A DNA stretch of 64,000 nt from an uncultured Gammaproteobacteria bacterium (GCA_963797555.1 CAWCPV010000006.1:82662-146661); one strand, 5' to 3'; positions 30,504 to 42,139 are shown, numbered from the stretch's first letter. Translations and numbers: made by a program. Notes: generated by a model not told the origin, from the letters alone.

Positions 30504-31187
30504 TCATCGCAGCCCGCCCTCCGCCAGCGCCGCCAACACATCGCCGTGACACGGGAGCGGAGAACACCAGCAGCCCAAGCGTTTTCCTCGAAGCTCTGGC
30601 AGCCGGGCCATCAGCTCCGGTTGGGTCAGTATCCAAGCCCGGTACTTCGCGATGACCTCCGCGCGATCCCCGTCGCGGCCGATGCGATAGGGGTTCGCCC
30701 ATGGGGATGCGGGCAATCCAAGGCGCGGGACGGCGCGGCCAATGTACACGTTGTATGGCTCACGCTGGCAGTGCACCACACTTGTCGTGCTCACGCGGTC
30801 CGCCCAGGGCTCCACCGTCGCGTCCGGATACACCTTGGCGATGATGGCGCGGGCCTCAGCCGGAATGGCGGCCGGCACGAAGTCGAAGGTGCGGGTGGTG
30901 CCGTCCGGGAGGGAGGCGAGAAAGCGCCAGGCTTTTGGCACTTCTGGCACTGCCTGGTGTGGCACATCCGTGAATTTCATACCCCCTTCGACGGCCTCTT
31001 CCACCCGGTCATCGACACCATGAATTTTTGCGGATGTGCCAGGGGGGGTAGTGCCAAAAGTGCCAGAAGGGTCACTTTTCAGGCTTTCGGCACTTCTGGC
31101 ACTGGGGGGTGTGCCACATTTCAGAATTTTCAGTCTGGCGATAGCGTCCATGGTCGTGGTCAGATCAGGCTCGGGTGGATGGTCCAT
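30504..31187 (-). CDS. DUF4326-domain protein
   Basis: C-terminal VYIGR...SPWANP...ELRGKRLGCWC.P.PCHGDVL. Confidence 0.75.
   Translation of the reverse strand: MDHPPEPDLTTTMDAIARLKILKCGTPPSARSAESLKSDPSGTFGTTPPGTSAKIHGVDDRVEEAVEGGMKFTDVPHQAVPEVPKAWRFLASLPDGTTRTFDFVPAAIPAEARAIIAKVYPDATVEPWADRVSTTSVVHCQREPYNVYIGRAVPRLGLPASPWANPYRIGRDGDRAEVIAKYRAWILTQPELMARLPELRGKRLGCWCSPLPCHGDVLAALAEGGLR
30932..31103. repeat. Iteron-like GTGCCA(G/A)AA repeats, candidate replication origin
   Basis: AGTGCCAAAAGTGCCAGAAG (31050-69) inverted against CTTTCGGCACTTCTGGCACT (31084-103); third copy at 30932-51. Confidence 0.65.
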
Positions 31188-33636
31188 ACGGTCGTTTTTC
31201 TGCCCCCGGTCTCGACAGTCTCCCCCCTAACCCAGCCGTGATCAGCTAATACTTCCAGTGCGTCATCGGTGCCGGTGCGGTCTAGCAACCGCCAATGATG
31301 GCGGTATATCTCCCGAGCTGTGACTGGGCTTACCACGTCCCGGGCGAGGATGTGTTGAGCCAGCTCGCGTGCACAAGCTAAGTCGGGGTCCAGTGCCGTG
31401 GCGTATAGCCTTCTGGCATGGCATTCCAGGTACTCAGCCCACGCGATAGCAGCGACTAGCGGCGTCTCACCGACCGGTCCGGTGCCCATGTCGGCAAGAT
31501 GGATCAGCAGTGCCAGCGACGGGATCAAGCTTCGATACTTCGCCAGGTGCGCCTCAAAGGCAACGTGCTCCTCTTCGTCCCTCAGCCTCTTTTCCAGCCC
31601 CGCGCGCCATGCGTTGAACACGCTTTGCGCGTCCTCAGCAAATCGCAGGAAGGGGATGCTGCCCTCTTCATGGGTCGCTCCGATGGCGGCCGGCACGAGG
31701 CTGTCCATCCGTGTGAACACATCCCACGCGGCACGCCTGGCCTCCGTGTCTGGCCAACGGTCCACATGGCGCCAATCACCAGATACGTCGGGCCAGACAA
31801 CGAGCTGAAAACGCTGCAAGAGACCGTCGTCTCCTACGCCTCCGGCGAGCGCACCACGCAGGTATTCTTGCAGGGGGCCAGGCTGAATGCCCCCGAGAAC
31901 AGAAACGCAACACGACTCGATGTCGATAGTGCCGCGTCCAATTCGGTCAAACGTATAACGCCCGCTGCCGTTCCACGCCTCTAGAAAAAATGCCCGAGAA
32001 CACTCCCAGCCCTCCCGGTCCAAAGATCGCAGCAGCCCAGTCAGCTCGTCGCGGAACAGCAGCAAGCCCCGCGGGTTTGCAGCCAGAAGTTCGCCCAGCG
32101 CCTCGACCGTGCTGTCGTTCGCTACGTATCGGCAGCGCCGGGGCGGGCCTTCCTCGTCAACCGTCGCTGCGGTCGCAAGTCGGTATGCTTCCTCTTCGTC
32201 GCCTCGCTTCAATGCCGAGTCAATGGCTTTTTGAGCCTTCTTCGCGGCTGACTTGTCCACCACTGAGCCGGCCTTGCTGCGAAGCAACGCCTCGTCGTAT
32301 GTCTCCTTGGCGACGTGCTCCAGACGGAGAAGAGGCCGCGTCGCCTCGGCAAGCGCTGGGGTCTTGAGAAGCCCCGGCCGACCGATGACGCCACCCCATA
32401 AATTTGGGATGACTAGCCAATCATCGCGCCGCTTTGGACGAATACCGATCTGCCGGCCGACAACCGCAGCGAGCGACACCATGGATGCCACGGCAGGAAA
32501 GTCCGGGGGGCATTGCATCCTCTCCGCAATGTCCTCCACCCATGGGCGGAACGCGTCTGGCATCAAGATCGGGTCGAAGCTCGGCACGCTGGGCAGACCA
32601 TCAGGGAGCGGCTCTGGGTTGGGCCAGTCAAGATGATCCGCCCCGTTCGCCCGTTGGTCAGTGCCGTTCGCCCGCAGTCCTAGCCTCTGGGCCAGCCACT
32701 GCGCCGCGGCCTTGGGCGCGCTGGCGCTGCCGAACCGCAGCACGACATCGATAGGCGTCAGTCCGTCCTCTTCCCCAAAGTCTCGGATACCCTGGGGCAG
32801 CAGGCTCAAGTCCTCCTCCAGGTCGCGTCCCAGGTCCTTCGACGAGACTCGATACCCGTCCTGATGCGCGCGCACTGGGGAACAGCTCCGGTGCCCACGC
32901 ACTCGAGATCCGCCAGCGCGAGCGCGTTCACCCGCGCGAACCAGTCCAGCGGTCCCCTGGGGCCGGCAGCCTGGTGCCGCTCCTCCTTCGGTGCCTCCGC
33001 GAGCAGGGCTTCCACGTCAACGGGGCCGCCCTCGAAGCGGTAGACATCGGCCTGGAGTGGTGGGCAGTAGAGGGGCTGCGCCGGCCTGTAGACGGCGCGG
33101 TCCCACTTGAAGCATCCGCCTCCCAGCTCCCGCTCGATGCGGGCCTCGATGGCGATACACACTCGCTCGGCCTCGGCGGGGGTCATCTCCCGGTCGGTCT
33201 CCAGAACGAACCTGCACCTGGGGGAAACGGCGGTGTGACTGGCGGTCGTGTAGGCGAACCCCTGGGACCGCTGCAGCCAGGAAACCAGCGCCGCGAAGCC
33301 CTCGGGGTCCGTCCCGTCGACATCGAAAGCGACGAAGCGCCGTGGCAGGGCGTCGTCTTTGCAGCGGTGGTGCCTTCCGTCTCCGTTCGCGCGGAAGGGG
33401 CCGCAGATGTACTGCCTGCCCTTCGCTCGCGCACGGTCGGCCAGCACGGTGGACGCGAACTCAGCGAACGTGCTGGCAGTGCGCTGAATAGGGTAGGCGT
33501 CGGTCTTGCTGCCACCGCGGGAGTATCGAACCGTGCTATCCTGCGGTGTGTCTGTGTCGTCCCCTGCGGCCTCGTCCGGTGCCCTCCGGTCGGGGCCGCG
33601 CTCGTTTGGGGGTCCAGCTCGGGGCGGGGCGGTCAT
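31160..33636 (-). CDS. Fused AEP-like primase / DUF3987 (YfjI-like) replication protein, frameshift near 32900
   Basis: N-terminal FDVD, YTTASHT..SPR.R; C-terminal GRPGLLKT, FRDEL, GGIQP, DGLLQRF; removing one base joins ORFs 32806..33636 and 31160..32902. Confidence 0.8.
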
Positions 33637-33637
33637 G

Positions 33638-35862
33638 TCACGCAGCCTCGCCCGCGTCGAAGCGCCGCGTCCGCCGCGCTAAAAGCGCGTTAAGGTCACT
33701 CAGACGGTACTGACAGGTCCGCCCCACGCGGATGTAAGGCAACGCGTTGCGGCCGCTCGATGCCCAAAGCTCTAGGGTTCGAACCGGAACGCGGAGATAC
33801 TTTGCGGCTTCTTCGCGAGTTAGCCCGACTTCGCGGATTCGCACGGCGATTGGCCCGCTGGCCAGGGGTAAGTGATTGTTTGTGGGGACCGTGGTGAGCC
33901 AAAAAGGGTTGAAACGCGCTGTAGTGAAGACCTTGCTTGTTTTCAAGGGGAAAAATCTGCGGATAATGATGTTCCATCATGTTTCTACGGGCCACGACGC
34001 GGAAGAAAGACGGCAAGGAGCACCGTTACTGGAGTATTGTCGAGAATAGGCGCCTGAGCGGTGGGCGCGTGCTGCAACGGCATGTGCTGTATTTGGGTGA
34101 GATCAACTCCTCGCAGGAGTTGGCGTGGCGCAAATCCATTGAGGTGTTCGAAGACGGGGCGCTGACACCGCGCACGATGTCGTTGTTTCCCGAGGAGCGA
34201 TCTGAAGAGCTGTCGAGGGATGCTTCGGTGGTACGTTTGCGGCTGAAAGAATTGCGGCTGTGCCGACCGCGGCAGTGGGGTGCGTGTTGGCTGGCGCTGC
34301 AACTGTGGGAGGAATTGCAGTTAGATCGCTTCTGGTGGGAACGGTTAACGCCGAGTCGCAAGGGCACTCGGTGGGATCAGGTGTTATTCGTGCTCGTGGC
34401 CTATCGGTTGCTGGCACCGGGCAGCGAGTGGCGGTTGCACCGGGAGTGGTTTGGCCGTACGGCCTTGACGGATTTGCTCGGAGCGGATGCGGCGCTCTCC
34501 GACAGCCACCGGCTGTATGTCTGTCACGACCGCTTGCTGGAGCACAAGGCGGCGGTCTTTGACCATCTGGTGCGGCGGTGGCGGGATCTGTTCAATGCCA
34601 CCTTCGAGGTGCTGCTCTACGACCTCACGAGCACCTACTTTGAGTGTGAGCCCCCGCAGTCGGAGCAGGACAAACGACGATTCGGCCACTCGCGCGATAA
34701 GCGCAGGGACTGTGTGCAGGTGGTGATCGCCTGGGTGGTGACCCCGGAAGGCTTGCCCTTGGCCTATGAAGTGTTGGCGGGCAATACGGCCGACAAGACG
34801 ACGTTGAAGGAGTTCCTCGCGCGCATTGAGCGTCAGTACGGAAGAGCGCAGCGGATTTGGGTGATGGACCGCGGCATTCCGACCGAAGCGGTGCTGGAAG
34901 AGATGCGCGCAAGTCGCCCGCCAGTGCACTGACCTGGTGGGCACGCCCAAGGGGCGGCTCAGCAAATTGGAGAGCGCGCTGCTGCTCAAGCCGTGGCGGG
35001 AAGCGCGCCCCGGCGTAGCCGTGAAACTGTTGGCGCAGGATGGGGAGCTGTATGTGTACGCGCAAAGTGAACAGCGCGTGGCGAAGGAGCGTGCGATACG
35101 ACGGCGCAAGCTGAAGTGGTTATGGGCGCGGTTGAAGAAACTCGCGACCATGCAGCTCACCCGCGAGCAACTGCTGATGAAGCTCGGTGCGGCGCGCCAA
35201 CACGGCCCAGCGGTATGGCGCTTGGTTCAACTGGAGGTCGACCCCAAGGACGCCACGTTTAGCTACCGCCTGCGCCGCGATAAGCTGCGTGAAGTGCGCC
35301 GGCGCGAAGGACGGTATCTGCTGCGCACCAATCTCACCGACACCGATCCCGCCAAGCTATGGGGGTTTTACCTGCAACTGGTGGCGGTGGAAGAAGCGTT
35401 CAAGAATCTCAAGGGGGATTTGGCCATTCGGCCAATCTTTCATCAACACATCGAGCGTATCGAAGCCCATATCTTCATTGCCTTTCTTGCCTATTGTCTG
35501 CATGTCACGCTCGGGCGACGTTTGCATGCGCTCGCGCCTGGATTAACCACGCGCAGCGTGCTGGAGAAATTCGCCGCCGTGCAGATGGTCGACGCACAGG
35601 TGCCGACCACCGATGGGCGCGAATTGACGTTCACCCGCTACACCCAACCTGAGCCAGAACTGCAACTGCTCCTCGCGCAGTTGAAGCTCGAACTGCCCGC
35701 ACCACCAGCTCCGAAAATCAGCACCGCCCACACTGCCTCAGCCGCCGCGATGTAGTGCAGACCTTGCCAGGCGCCCTCTCGCAATTTCAACCACTTACGC
35801 TATCCCTACCCCGCGAATCCGCGAAGTCGGGCTAGGCGCGGGTCCGGGTCAACGAAAGGCAT
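33638..35862 (-). pseudogene. AlpA/Xis-like HTH gene split by IS1634
   Basis: Removing the IS and one TA restores MPFVDPDPRLTREEAAKYLRVPVRTLELW...YRLSDL (70 aa) with a GAGGT RBS. Confidence 0.85.
33823..35832 (+). mobile_element. IS1634-family element (transposase 33979..35755, frameshift near 34930)
   Basis: Perfect inverted repeat GCCCGACTTCGCGGATTCGC flanked by TA; YDLTSTYFE, GHSRDKR.D, MDRG, VEEAFK.LK. Confidence 0.92.
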
Positions 35863-35928
35863 TTTTGCTCACCTCACGGGCTGTCAACTTGCGGTGAGAT
35901 GAGTAAAACAGCGAAGGCGGCCTTGAAC

Positions 35929-36582
35929 TTAGCTCGTGTCCGTTTTTTTGTTGAGAATGCGCCGAACCTGGCGCACGCTCTTGTCCACGCGGCGTGCAAT
36001 TTTTGACGCCCACTCGTGACGTGGGGTCGTTCCTGCCCGCTCGAAGGCTCCGGCCGCGTTCAGGACGCGGGCCTCGGTGTTCCTGCCCCGCACGATGCCG
36101 GCGTTGACCCCCCCTTTGTGGCGCCCTGTTTGCACGCGACGCCCGTGCCCCGCGTTGGTCTCGTGGGGCCTGACATGAGCCCTGCCCACTGCGAGCCCCA
36201 GGTTGACCGCAAGATGAGCGAGCAACCTCCGGTCCGCTGCGCGGTCCCCGATGGCCTGCTTGACGTGCTCGCAGCCCTCTAACACATCCCTGGCGTCGCG
36301 GCCTTCGTCGGGTAGGCTCGTCCGGTCCAGGGTCCGCCACAGCCGGGCGTCATAGCCGAGACGCTCAAGCCTTCGTCTGGCCTCTGCCTCCCAGGAGGCC
36401 AGGATAGCGGGAAACCGTGCGGCGCTGGTCTCGTTGAACTGCCTCAGCGCCTCTTCCCTGTCGTGCTCCCGCTCCCGCCACTTCTTCCACCAGCGCTTGG
36501 GTGTCGCCGGCCACTTCTCTAACGGCTCCGGGCCAAGCGGCTCGGTTTGCTCCTCGAAGAACTCAGAAACGCGCCGGGTCAT
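35929..36582 (-). CDS. Hypothetical protein with C-terminal HTH-like segment
   Basis: ATGA coupling to the integrase stop; ends ASKIARRVDKSVRQVRRIL. Confidence 0.65.
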   Translation of the reverse strand: MTRRVSEFFEEQTEPLGPEPLEKWPATPKRWWKKWREREHDREEALRQFNETSAARFPAILASWEAEARRRLERLGYDARLWRTLDRTSLPDEGRDARDVLEGCEHVKQAIGDRAADRRLLAHLAVNLGLAVGRAHVRPHETNAGHGRRVQTGRHKGGVNAGIVRGRNTEARVLNAAGAFERAGTTPRHEWASKIARRVDKSVRQVRRILNKKTDTS

Positions 36583-37735
36583 GTGCCGGTCTTGATGTCT
36601 TGCACGTCGGCGATCGGCAGCACGCCCGCGGCGGCCAGCATGGCGCGGGTGGCCTTCTCGAGGGACGCCCGCACTGGGTCCAGGTTCAGCCTGGCGTAAA
36701 TGGCGGTGGTGCTGACGTTCGAGTGCCCCAGGCTCTTGCCGATAGTGACGAGGCTTGCCCCGGTGGCGGCCTGCCAGCTCCCGAGCGACCGGCGCAAGTC
36801 ATGAAGGTGCAGGTCCTCGACGCCCGCACGTTTCTTGACCGCTACCCATGCCCGCTTGGGCTCGACCATGTGCCCGGTCTTGCCCCGGCTCGGGAAGATC
36901 CACGGGCTGTCCCCGGCGAACACGCGGCGAGTTTCGAGTACCGCGACGGCCTCCGCTACCAACGGGACCGTCAGGGCCTCGCCGGTCTTGGTCTGCGGGA
37001 TGCGCCAGGTGGCCTCTTCGATCCGCACGTCTTCCCAGCGCATGGCGAGCACGTTGCTGCGCCGGGCGCCGGTCAGCAGAGCGAGCAACAGGAAGTCGCG
37101 CGTGTCCCGCGGGGCCTGCGCGACGGCCTCGAAGAACCGGGGAAGCTCGCTCGGCTGCAGAAAACGATCGCGGGAGCGCTCCCGGAACTTGGTGACTCCT
37201 TCGGCCGGGTTGTCACCCTTCCACAGCTCCCAGGCGATGGCGCGGTTGAACATGGCCCGCAGCATGGAAACGGTCTTGTTGGCGGTGGTGTGTCCCTCTC
37301 CCGCCCCAGGCGCATATGCAGCGCCCGCACCTCGGAACGGCTGATGGCGGAAAGCTTCCGGCTCGCCCACGGGGCGAGGTACAGGCCCCAGTAGCTCTCG
37401 GGGTTCTTGGTCCGCTTGCCTTGAGCCTTGATGTGCTCTTCGAGGTATTGCTGGTATAGCTCCCCCAGGGTCAGCTCTGCCCGCTTGGCGCGCAGGGCGG
37501 CCTGCGGGTTGTCCCCCGAGGCGATGGCGCCGTTCAGCTTCTCGGCTCTTTGGCGTGCCAGGAATACCGTCATGGCGGGCCAGCGCCCGAGCAGCACGCG
37601 CTCGGGCTTACCGTCCAGCTTGCGGTAGAGATAGAAGCTCTTGGCGCCGCTCGGCTGCACACACAACGCCAGGTGCGGCGTCTTGGAGTCGTAGAAGTAA
37701 GTGCGCACCGGGTCGGGGGCGAGCGCCTTGACCAC
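36579..37735 (-). CDS. int: Tyrosine integrase with arm-binding domain; frameshift near 37298, start missing
   Basis: L.LCVQPSGAKSF...LGRWP.MT, TGARR, KTG, HDLRR, LGHS, IYAR. Confidence 0.9.
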
Positions 37736-38169
37736 TGAGATACCGGCACTTGAGGAGATGGGAGGCCGTCGAGTGCGCCAAGGGGGATCTGGAGGAACCA
37801 TGTCCGGGTACCCTCACTTTAATCTTCCGTGAAACGCAATGGATGAGTACTCTCTGGAATCGTTCGAGCACTATATTGAACTGGTAGGGCACGGATCGCC
37901 AGGTAAACTGCGGTTGTTTCGCGGTCAATCCACGGATGAACCTCTGCTTCCCAAATTGGCTCGCTTGCGACTGCGCTCTGCTATAAGAATAGAAATAGCA
38001 GAAAAACGCATGTATGAGGATTTCAGACGAAGAAGTCTTCCGTTTCTGGAACATGTGCCAAGTACTACATGGGATTGGCTGGCATTGATGCAACACTCAT
38101 GGACTGGCCACCCGCCTTCTTGATTGGACGGCAAACCCGCATGCCGCGCTGTGGTTTGCAACGGAAAAG

Positions 38170-40788
38170 GGCTCTTTCGGTAATTGTGTGGATCGTGGTG
38201 GTCGAGTAGCATCCGTTCTGAGCAATCGTCTATCACAACATCTTGTGGTTGGGCCTGTGGGGTTGTGGGCGAGAGGCCCGCGAGTGTGGGCAACCGGGAG
38301 GTTGTCCACACGGTCCTTGGGACGCGGGCCGCTCCGCAGGACTCGTCCACAAATCCACAGGCCATCAAGGGGGGAGCGCCATGGAGCCAACGCATCTATT
38401 CACGACGGCACTGGGCCTCACGGCGCCTTGGGAAGTCACCAGCGTACGCTTTGACCCCGAGGCTGGGCGCATCGACCTCGAGGTGGCCTTTGCCAAGGGG
38501 AGCCGCTTCGCCTGCCCGGCGTGCGGAGCGCCAGGCCAGCCGGTGCATGATACCCGCAAGCGCAGCTGGCAGCACCTGAGCTTCTTTACTAAGTCCATTT
38601 TAAGTAAAGCCATATGTTGGTACAATGGGGGCATGAAATGCAAGCGCGAATCGGACGGGCGCAAGCTCGATCATAGGAGCCTGCAGGTGCTGCGCCAGCA
38701 AGCCGTGAAAGCGGTGCGTCACGGACAGACGGTACAGAGCGTAGCGCAGGCCTTCGGGTTGAACATTCGCACCGTGTTTCGCTGGCTCTCGGCATTTGCC
38801 TCGGGGGGACAGAACGCGCTGTTGGCCAAGCCGATCCCGGGCCGCCCGCCGCTGCTTGGCGCCGAGGAGATGCGCTGGCTGGCGGGGGCGGTGCGCGAGC
38901 ACACGCCGCAGCAGTTCCGATTCGAGTTTGCGCTGTGGACCCTGCCGCTCATCGGCAGGTTGATCGAGCGGCGGTTCAACAAGCGCCTTTCGGACTCCGC
39001 CGTCAGGCGGGTGATGCGGGTGCTGGGATTCACTGCCCAGAAGCCGCTCTACCGTGCCTGGCAGCGCGATCCGGTGCTGGTCGAGCGCTGGCAGAAAGAG
39101 CAATTTCCCGCCATCCAGGCCGAGGCCAAGCGCGTGGGGGCAACCATCTACTTTGGGGATGAGTCGGGGATGCGCTCCGACTACCACGCCGGCACCACTT
39201 GGGCGCCGATGGGCAAGACCCCGGTGGTCGCGGTGACCGGGGCGCGGTTCTCGCTCGCCATGCTCTCGGCGGTGAGCGCCCGCGGGGGCTTGCGCTTCAT
39301 GGTGCACGAGGGGACGGTGACCGCCGCGGTGTTCAAGGAATTCCTCAAGCGCCTGCTGGTGGGCGCCACCCGGCCGGTCTTCCTCATCGTCGATGGCCAT
39401 CCCATCCACAAGGCACGATTGATCCAGGACTTCATCGGCGAACAGAACGGGCGCCTTAAGCTGTTCTTCCTCCCCCCGTACTCGCCCCAACTCAATCCCG
39501 ACGAACAGGTTTGGGGGCATGTGAAAGCCCGCGTCGCCAAGCGCCGGGTGGAAAGCAAAGAGGATCTCAAGAGCAAACTCCTCGGTGCTTTGCGCCGGCT
39601 CCAGAAGCTGCCAGAAATCGTCAAAGGCTTTTTCATGCATCCGCATTGCTGCTACGCTGTCTGATATGGCCTTACTTAAGAAAGGATTAGTAAGTCACGG
39701 GCAGACCTGCACGCGCATCTGCCGCGAGTGCGCTGTGAGAGCTGCGGCAAGACGACTCAGGTCGAGCCGCCGTGGGCGCGCGCACACAGTGGCTTCACGG
39801 CGCTGATGGAGGCACTGGTGGTGACGCTGTGCCAGGCGATGCCGGTGGCGACCGTCGCCCGGCACCTGGGCGTGGGCGATGAGCGCCTGTGGGGGGTGCT
39901 CGAGCACTACGTGGAGGCGGCCCGCGCCTAGGAGGACCACTCCCCGGTGCGCGCCGTGGGCCTGGACGAGACCGCCGCCCGGCGTGGGCAGCACTACATC
40001 AGCCTGTTCCATGACCTCACGGGCAAACGCCTGCTGTTCGCCTGCGAGGGCCGCGACCAGAGCACCGTGGCGGCCTTTGCCGCCGACCTCCAGGCGCACG
40101 GGGGCGACCCGCAGGCCATCGAGCAGGTGTGCATCGACCTGTCCGCCGCTTATCTCGCCGGGGTGACCAAGCATCTGCCTAAAGCCACGGTGAGCTTCGA
40201 TGCCTTCCATGTCATCCAGCTCGCCAACCAGGCCGTCGATACAGTGCGCCGCGAGGAGGTCAAGACCGAGCCCGCCCTCAGGGGCACCCGCTGGACCTGG
40301 CTCAAAGACGCCCACGACTGGACCTGGGAGCAGCTCACCGACTTTCACTGGCTCTCCCGCGCCCGCCTCAAGACCGCCCGCGCCTGGCGCCTCAAGGAGG
40401 CGCTGCGCGATATCTACGCCACGGCCAGCACCCTCGAGCAGGCCGAGACCGCGCTCACGCGCTGGTATAGCTGGGCACGGCGTAGCCGCCTGCAACCCAT
40501 GAAACACCTCGCTGCCACTCTGAAAGACCACTGGGACGGTGTGCTCGCCGCGTTCGACTCCGGCCTCACCAACGGCCGCGCCGAGGGCATCAACTCCCTC
40601 ATCCAGGCCGCCAAAGCCCGCGCCCGGGGCTACCGCACCACGCGCTCGCTCATCACCATCGCCTACCTCATCGCGGGCAACCTGGCCCACTTGCCGGCCT
40701 CGCCGTTCAACACACGATCTTGTGTCAGACCTCAGGCAGAGGCTGCCGCAGCGTAAGCATATCTACCCACACGATTCCGGTAAGAACC
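38170..40788 (+). mobile_element. ISL3-family element, copy 2 (transposase 38381..40756, split by IS630, internal stop at 39929)
   Basis: Ends GGCTCTTTCGG / CCGGTAAGAACC; 8-bp duplication CGGAAAAG at 38162-69 and 40789-96. Confidence 0.93.
38589..39690 (+). mobile_element. IS630-family element (transposase 38633..39664) nested in ISL3
   Basis: Inverted repeat CTAA..CC..TTAAGTAA.GCCATAT, TA duplication; GDES, VDGHP.H, PPYSP.LNPDE; empty site visible in ISL3 copy 1. Confidence 0.93.
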
Positions 40789-41602
40789 CGGAAAAGCCAC
40801 CGAAGAAAGACAAGAACGATGAACCAAGGTCGGGCGTGGTTTGGGTATTTCGACCCGCTGGTCCAGATATGGTTGATATCGCGAAATCACGAGATCCCTT
40901 TCAAGCCACGCGAACGCAGGTATTTCAGCCAAGCCATATCACTCGCCGCATCATTGCGCAATTCGGTTGGTTTACGGCACACAAACTCATAGACGGAGAG
41001 AAGATTGTGCCACTGGAGGACAATGGCCTCTACGAGAAGAAGCTAACGAAAATAATGATCCAACCGGAAATGTTTTCGAAGATGAGATCTACGTTAAATA
41101 TATTTGGCATAAATTCAGGCGTGCTATTTCCAGACCTTGTTGGTTTGTGTGAAGCCATACAATGGGAAAGCTCTTGTTTGGAAGACGAAAAGCCAGGACT
41201 ACGCAAACCAGTGCTATTCTTTCAAAGCGATGGGCCGATAAAAATCCGCCGTAAGCCCCGGCCGACGCGGATAAAGCTGCGGCCGATCAGGGGGTAGCAC
41301 GCAAAGAGGAACCGCCCGCGCCGGGGTCCGGGATTTCGGTCGCCCCGCCATGCCACATGCGGTGGCTGGCGTCTCACGCGGGCTACGATGGTGTTACGCT
41401 CGCACGTCCACGCTTACCCTGCTCTTCCTCGACTTCCCTGACGAGCGCTCGCGCTCAGCCCAATGCGGCCAGTATTTCCAGGGGTGACGCCAGGATGGCC
41501 GCTTTCCGGCCGTGAGGGACGCGAACGGGGGTGGGGCGGGGGACTTATGGGCGGGCGTGGGGTTAGGGGAGTAATTATTGCGGAATACGAATGCAGACTA
41601 CC

Positions 41603-41642
41603 AAAAAAAGCCCCCAGAGTTCGTCTGGGGGCACTTTTTTTT
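41603..41642. terminator. Bidirectional terminator after dsrE2
   Basis: A7-GCCCCCAGA-GTTCG-TCTGGGGGC followed by a T run. Confidence 0.85.
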
Positions 41643-41658
41643 AAGTGCGCAGCAGCCC

Positions 41659-42139
41659 TCAGATGAACAAGCAGATATCGGATTCGCCGGCAAACTCGAA
41701 AAACGTCGCGGCGCCACCGTACTCGATTCCATCGATGAATTCGCTCGGGTTCATGTCGAACAGGTCAACGGTCATCTGACAGGCGATGAGCTTGAACGTC
41801 CGCCTCGATACATAGACCTCGCAACTCCTCGACACTGGCGACACCCTTGGACTTCATCTTCTGCTTCATCATGGCTGTCATCATCGACTGCATACCGGGC
41901 AGCGCAGTCAACAGGACTGGAAACCACTTGTCCATGCCCATCGGCATCGGCATGCCGGGGTTGCCGAGGGGGGTCACCTGCAGGTTGAGCTTCTTGCGCA
42001 GGAGCTGCAGCCCGTAGAAGGTGAAGAATACCTGGGTCTCGTAGCCAAGCGCCGCGGCGGTGGACGCGAGGATGAACGGCGGATAGGCCCAGTCCAAAGA
42101 ACCCTTGGTGGCGATGATGGCCAGTTTCTTCTCCGACAT
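41659..42139 (-). CDS. dsrE2: DsrE2-type sulfurtransferase (frameshift near 41795)
   Basis: KG.LDWAYPPFILASTAAA, FFTFYGL, then LIACQMTVDLF...GAATF in the adjacent frame. Confidence 0.85.

Larger units (their letters stand above)
37839..41297 (+). pseudogene. FRG-domain protein interrupted by ISL3
   Basis: LFRGQ, WLALMQH/HGLATRLLDWT.NP.AALWFA, continuing after the IS with RIIAQFGWFT and GIN...LFPDL.GL. Confidence 0.88.
23500..41450 (-). mobile_element. PICI-like phage satellite / integrative element (boundaries approximate)
   Basis: Co-oriented int, HTH, AlpA, primase-DUF3987, terS and capsid-like genes next to tRNAs; no TerL, portal, tail or lysis genes. Confidence 0.75.

Noticed and set aside
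38243-39664. 473-aa ISL3-IS630 fusion protein
   Set aside because: Chance in-frame read-through created by the nested insertion.
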